DNA of 26,943 nucleotides from a virus. Taxonomy: Duplodnaviria; Caudoviricetes. The notes beneath the pieces were generated by a model. The model did no database searches and was not told the DNA's origin. It was given only the letters and a program-made list of their open reading frames with translations. Of this stretch, positions 25,126 to 26,943 are shown piece after piece. The stretch spans positions 1-26,943 of IMG/VR virus record IMGVR_UViG_3300022178_005848, one strand, 5' to 3'. Position numbers and translations under genes: made by a program. Within the stretch, counting starts at the first letter, position 1. The number at the start of each line of letters is the position of its first letter.

Positions 25126-26445
25126 ATGGCAAAAGAACTAGAAAATATATTTGACCCCGGAAGTGATGAAATTGTTCAAAATTTTACTATCAATTCATGG
25201 CATGTCTCCCAATCCGTAGATGCTTTAACGGGAGCTGAAGCTTATGATATTACTATAAGTGGAAGTTTAGTTGTAACAGGTAGTACTTCACTATCAGGAA
25301 GTGTAGATATCCAAGATCTTCCAGACCAAACAGGTGAACCTAAAGTATTAGTGGTTAATGGTGATGGAACTGTAGGGTATAGTACTAATGTTAATGGTTC
25401 TTCGGGAACATCAGGTTCTTCGGGAACATCCGGTTCCTCGGGTACTTCAGGAGAAACAGGGGCAACAGGTCCTTCAGGTTCTTCGGGTACTAGCGGTTCT
25501 TCGGGTACTAGTGGTTCCTCAGGTACTAGTGGTTCATCGGGTACTAGTGGTTCATCGGGTACTTCAGGTACATCGGGTTCATCGGGTACTTCAGGTTCAT
25601 CTGGTACTTCAGGTTCTTCGGGTACTAGTGGTTCCTCAGGTACTAGTGGTTCATCTGGAACTTCAGGGGTTACTTATGAAGGAGATGGTGGAATGGTATT
25701 TGTAGAACCTGGGGCTTTTACCTCAGTTAGTATAGAAGATTATTATTATCCTGAAAATGATTCTTGGGATATTCAATGGGTAGGAGGACAAGATCCAACA
25801 GTAAATGGAAAAATATCAGTCAACTCTACTGCAGTTGAAAATGTTACAGTATTAAAAATTGCGGGAAATAACTTGAGTGGTACTACCATAGCTACTATTG
25901 CTGATATTGTTAGGGGGAGTAAAATTTATTTTGATGGAAATAATACCCCAGCAGTAACATATGTTGCTGAGGGTCCCGCAGTACAAATTGGTTATATTGG
26001 TTACCCTTTATATCAGGTAAATGTTTCTGTTTTTGAGATTTTAACCGGTGGAAGTTGGAATGTCGGATCCATATATGATTTTAATATTATCAATCCATTA
26101 AATATAGTAATCCCTAGGGGTTATGAAAAATATGAAATTTCATATGAATCAAATATATCTTCACCTCTTGGTGGAGTAACGGCACCTATTAGACTTATAG
26201 TTTCTGGGGGAAGTAATGTAGGAGATCTTTCTATGGTAGAATTTAGGGGAGTTAGTACTAATGGAGATTTTGATCAGTATGCTGATCTCCAATATGGCAC
26301 TGTAAGTGGTTCTCTAGAGGAGAATAGTAAATATATATCACTTAATAATACTTTTGATACAGGATCGGGATTTTTAACCTTCCAAGTAGCCCAATCAGGA
26401 TCTAATATAGGATTTATGTTATTAGGTTATAACGAATATAATTAA
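25126..26445 (+). CDS. Tail fibre with Ser/Thr collagen-like (G-X-Y) stalk
   Basis: N-terminal anchor region, 30 uninterrupted G-X-Y triplets, then a beta-rich C-terminal head of about 260 aa. Confidence 0.75.
   Translation: MAKELENIFDPGSDEIVQNFTINSWHVSQSVDALTGAEAYDITISGSLVVTGSTSLSGSVDIQDLPDQTGEPKVLVVNGDGTVGYSTNVNGSSGTSGSSGTSGSSGTSGETGATGPSGSSGTSGSSGTSGSSGTSGSSGTSGSSGTSGTSGSSGTSGSSGTSGSSGTSGSSGTSGSSGTSGVTYEGDGGMVFVEPGAFTSVSIEDYYYPENDSWDIQWVGGQDPTVNGKISVNSTAVENVTVLKIAGNNLSGTTIATIADIVRGSKIYFDGNNTPAVTYVAEGPAVQIGYIGYPLYQVNVSVFEILTGGSWNVGSIYDFNIINPLNIVIPRGYEKYEISYESNISSPLGGVTAPIRLIVSGGSNVGDLSMVEFRGVSTNGDFDQYADLQYGTVSGSLEENSKYISLNNTFDTGSGFLTFQVAQSGSNIGFMLLGYNEYN
25396..25668 (+). repeat. Coding tandem repeat, 18-nt unit encoding GSSGTS
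   Basis: 273 nt; degenerate at synonymous positions (GGT TCN TCN GGN ACN TCN/AGY); one GETGATGPS interruption and one extra GTS. Confidence 0.95.
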
Positions 26446-26455
26446 AATACAATAA

Positions 26456-26905
26456 ATGAATTGGTTATATAATAATGAAGAAATCACAGATATATCACAA
26501 TTTCCACTTGGAACATTTGGATTTATCTATGAAGTAAGTACCCCCAAGGGTAAAAAATATATTGGAAAAAAAGTTTTATATCACAACAAGAAAACAAAAC
26601 TCAAAAAATCCGAACTAGCAGAACAAAGCGGTCGGGGGAGAAGAGCATTGCATAAAATTGTAAGTAAAGAAAGTGATTGGAAAAAATATTATGGATCTAA
26701 TAAACATCTAAAAAACCAAATCGCTGAAGGTGAAGTTACGCTGGAAAGTTTGGGTAAACAAATTATAGAGATAGGTTTTAATAAAAAACATCTTACTTAT
26801 CTGGAAACTAAATATCTATTCCAGTTTGGAGTGTTGGAGAATCCCGAAATATATTATAACGATTCAATTTTAGGTAAGTTCTTTACCAAAGACTTGGATT
26901 TTTAA
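26456..26905 (+). CDS. GIY-YIG-type nuclease domain protein
   Basis: GFIYEV...KKYIGKK, WKKYYGS, LTYLE and YYN motifs. Confidence 0.7.
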   Translation: MNWLYNNEEITDISQFPLGTFGFIYEVSTPKGKKYIGKKVLYHNKKTKLKKSELAEQSGRGRRALHKIVSKESDWKKYYGSNKHLKNQIAEGEVTLESLGKQIIEIGFNKKHLTYLETKYLFQFGVLENPEIYYNDSILGKFFTKDLDF

Positions 26906-26926
26906 ATTCCTCAGCGTATATTCACG
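26894..26926 (+). promoter_or_regulatory. Host-type (Bacteroidota-like) promoter
   Basis: TTGG(26894-26897)-N17-CGTATATTCACG; ATG at 26930. Confidence 0.65.
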
Positions 26927-26929
26927 CAT

Positions 26930-26943
26930 ATGGTAAATCACCT
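26930..26943 (+). CDS. 5' start of the next gene (partial, MVNH...)
   Basis: ATG 3 nt after the promoter motif; runs off the window. Confidence 0.4.

Noticed and set aside
25396-25668. Repeat array as CRISPR or DGR template/variable repeat
   Set aside because: No spacers; variation is synonymous rather than adenine-specific; no reverse transcriptase or cas gene in the window.
25388-25705. Alternative-frame ORF with VLRVL repeats
   Set aside because: Shadow of the GSSGTS coding repeat.
26456-26905. GIY-YIG gene as an intron-encoded mobile endonuclease
   Set aside because: Free-standing, interrupts no gene, and lacks a C-terminal DNA-binding extension.

Overview
AT-rich, gene-dense, all-plus-strand segment of a large T4-like/jumbo-type myovirus genome. 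The host is probably in Bacteroidota: starts are A-rich with no Shine-Dalgarno, and host-type TTG-N17-xxTAnnTT promoters recur. Left part (1-9.6 kb): a two-module protein with an R-S-E ADP-ribosyltransferase signature, a lipoprotein, a beta-roll fibre/adhesin with an adjacent GT9-like glycosyltransferase and a PAPS sulfotransferase, a self-contained DUF932 cassette behind a Pho-box-like 11-bp tandem repeat, an HD hydrolase and a gp55-like late sigma factor. Right part (9.6-26.9 kb): baseplate/tail module (spike, gp25-like, gp6-like, 1583-aa wedge protein, split DUF3751-like trio, Ser/Thr collagen-like fibre) and a GIY-YIG-type nuclease. The most notable patterns are (i) a [S/T]-G-S tripeptide strongly enriched in virion proteins and almost absent from the enzymes, a candidate modification sequon for the phage GT/sulfotransferase pair, and (ii) two distinct promoter classes, with an ATATTTAT late motif close to start codons. 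All product calls come from motif recognition by eye; no searches were run.
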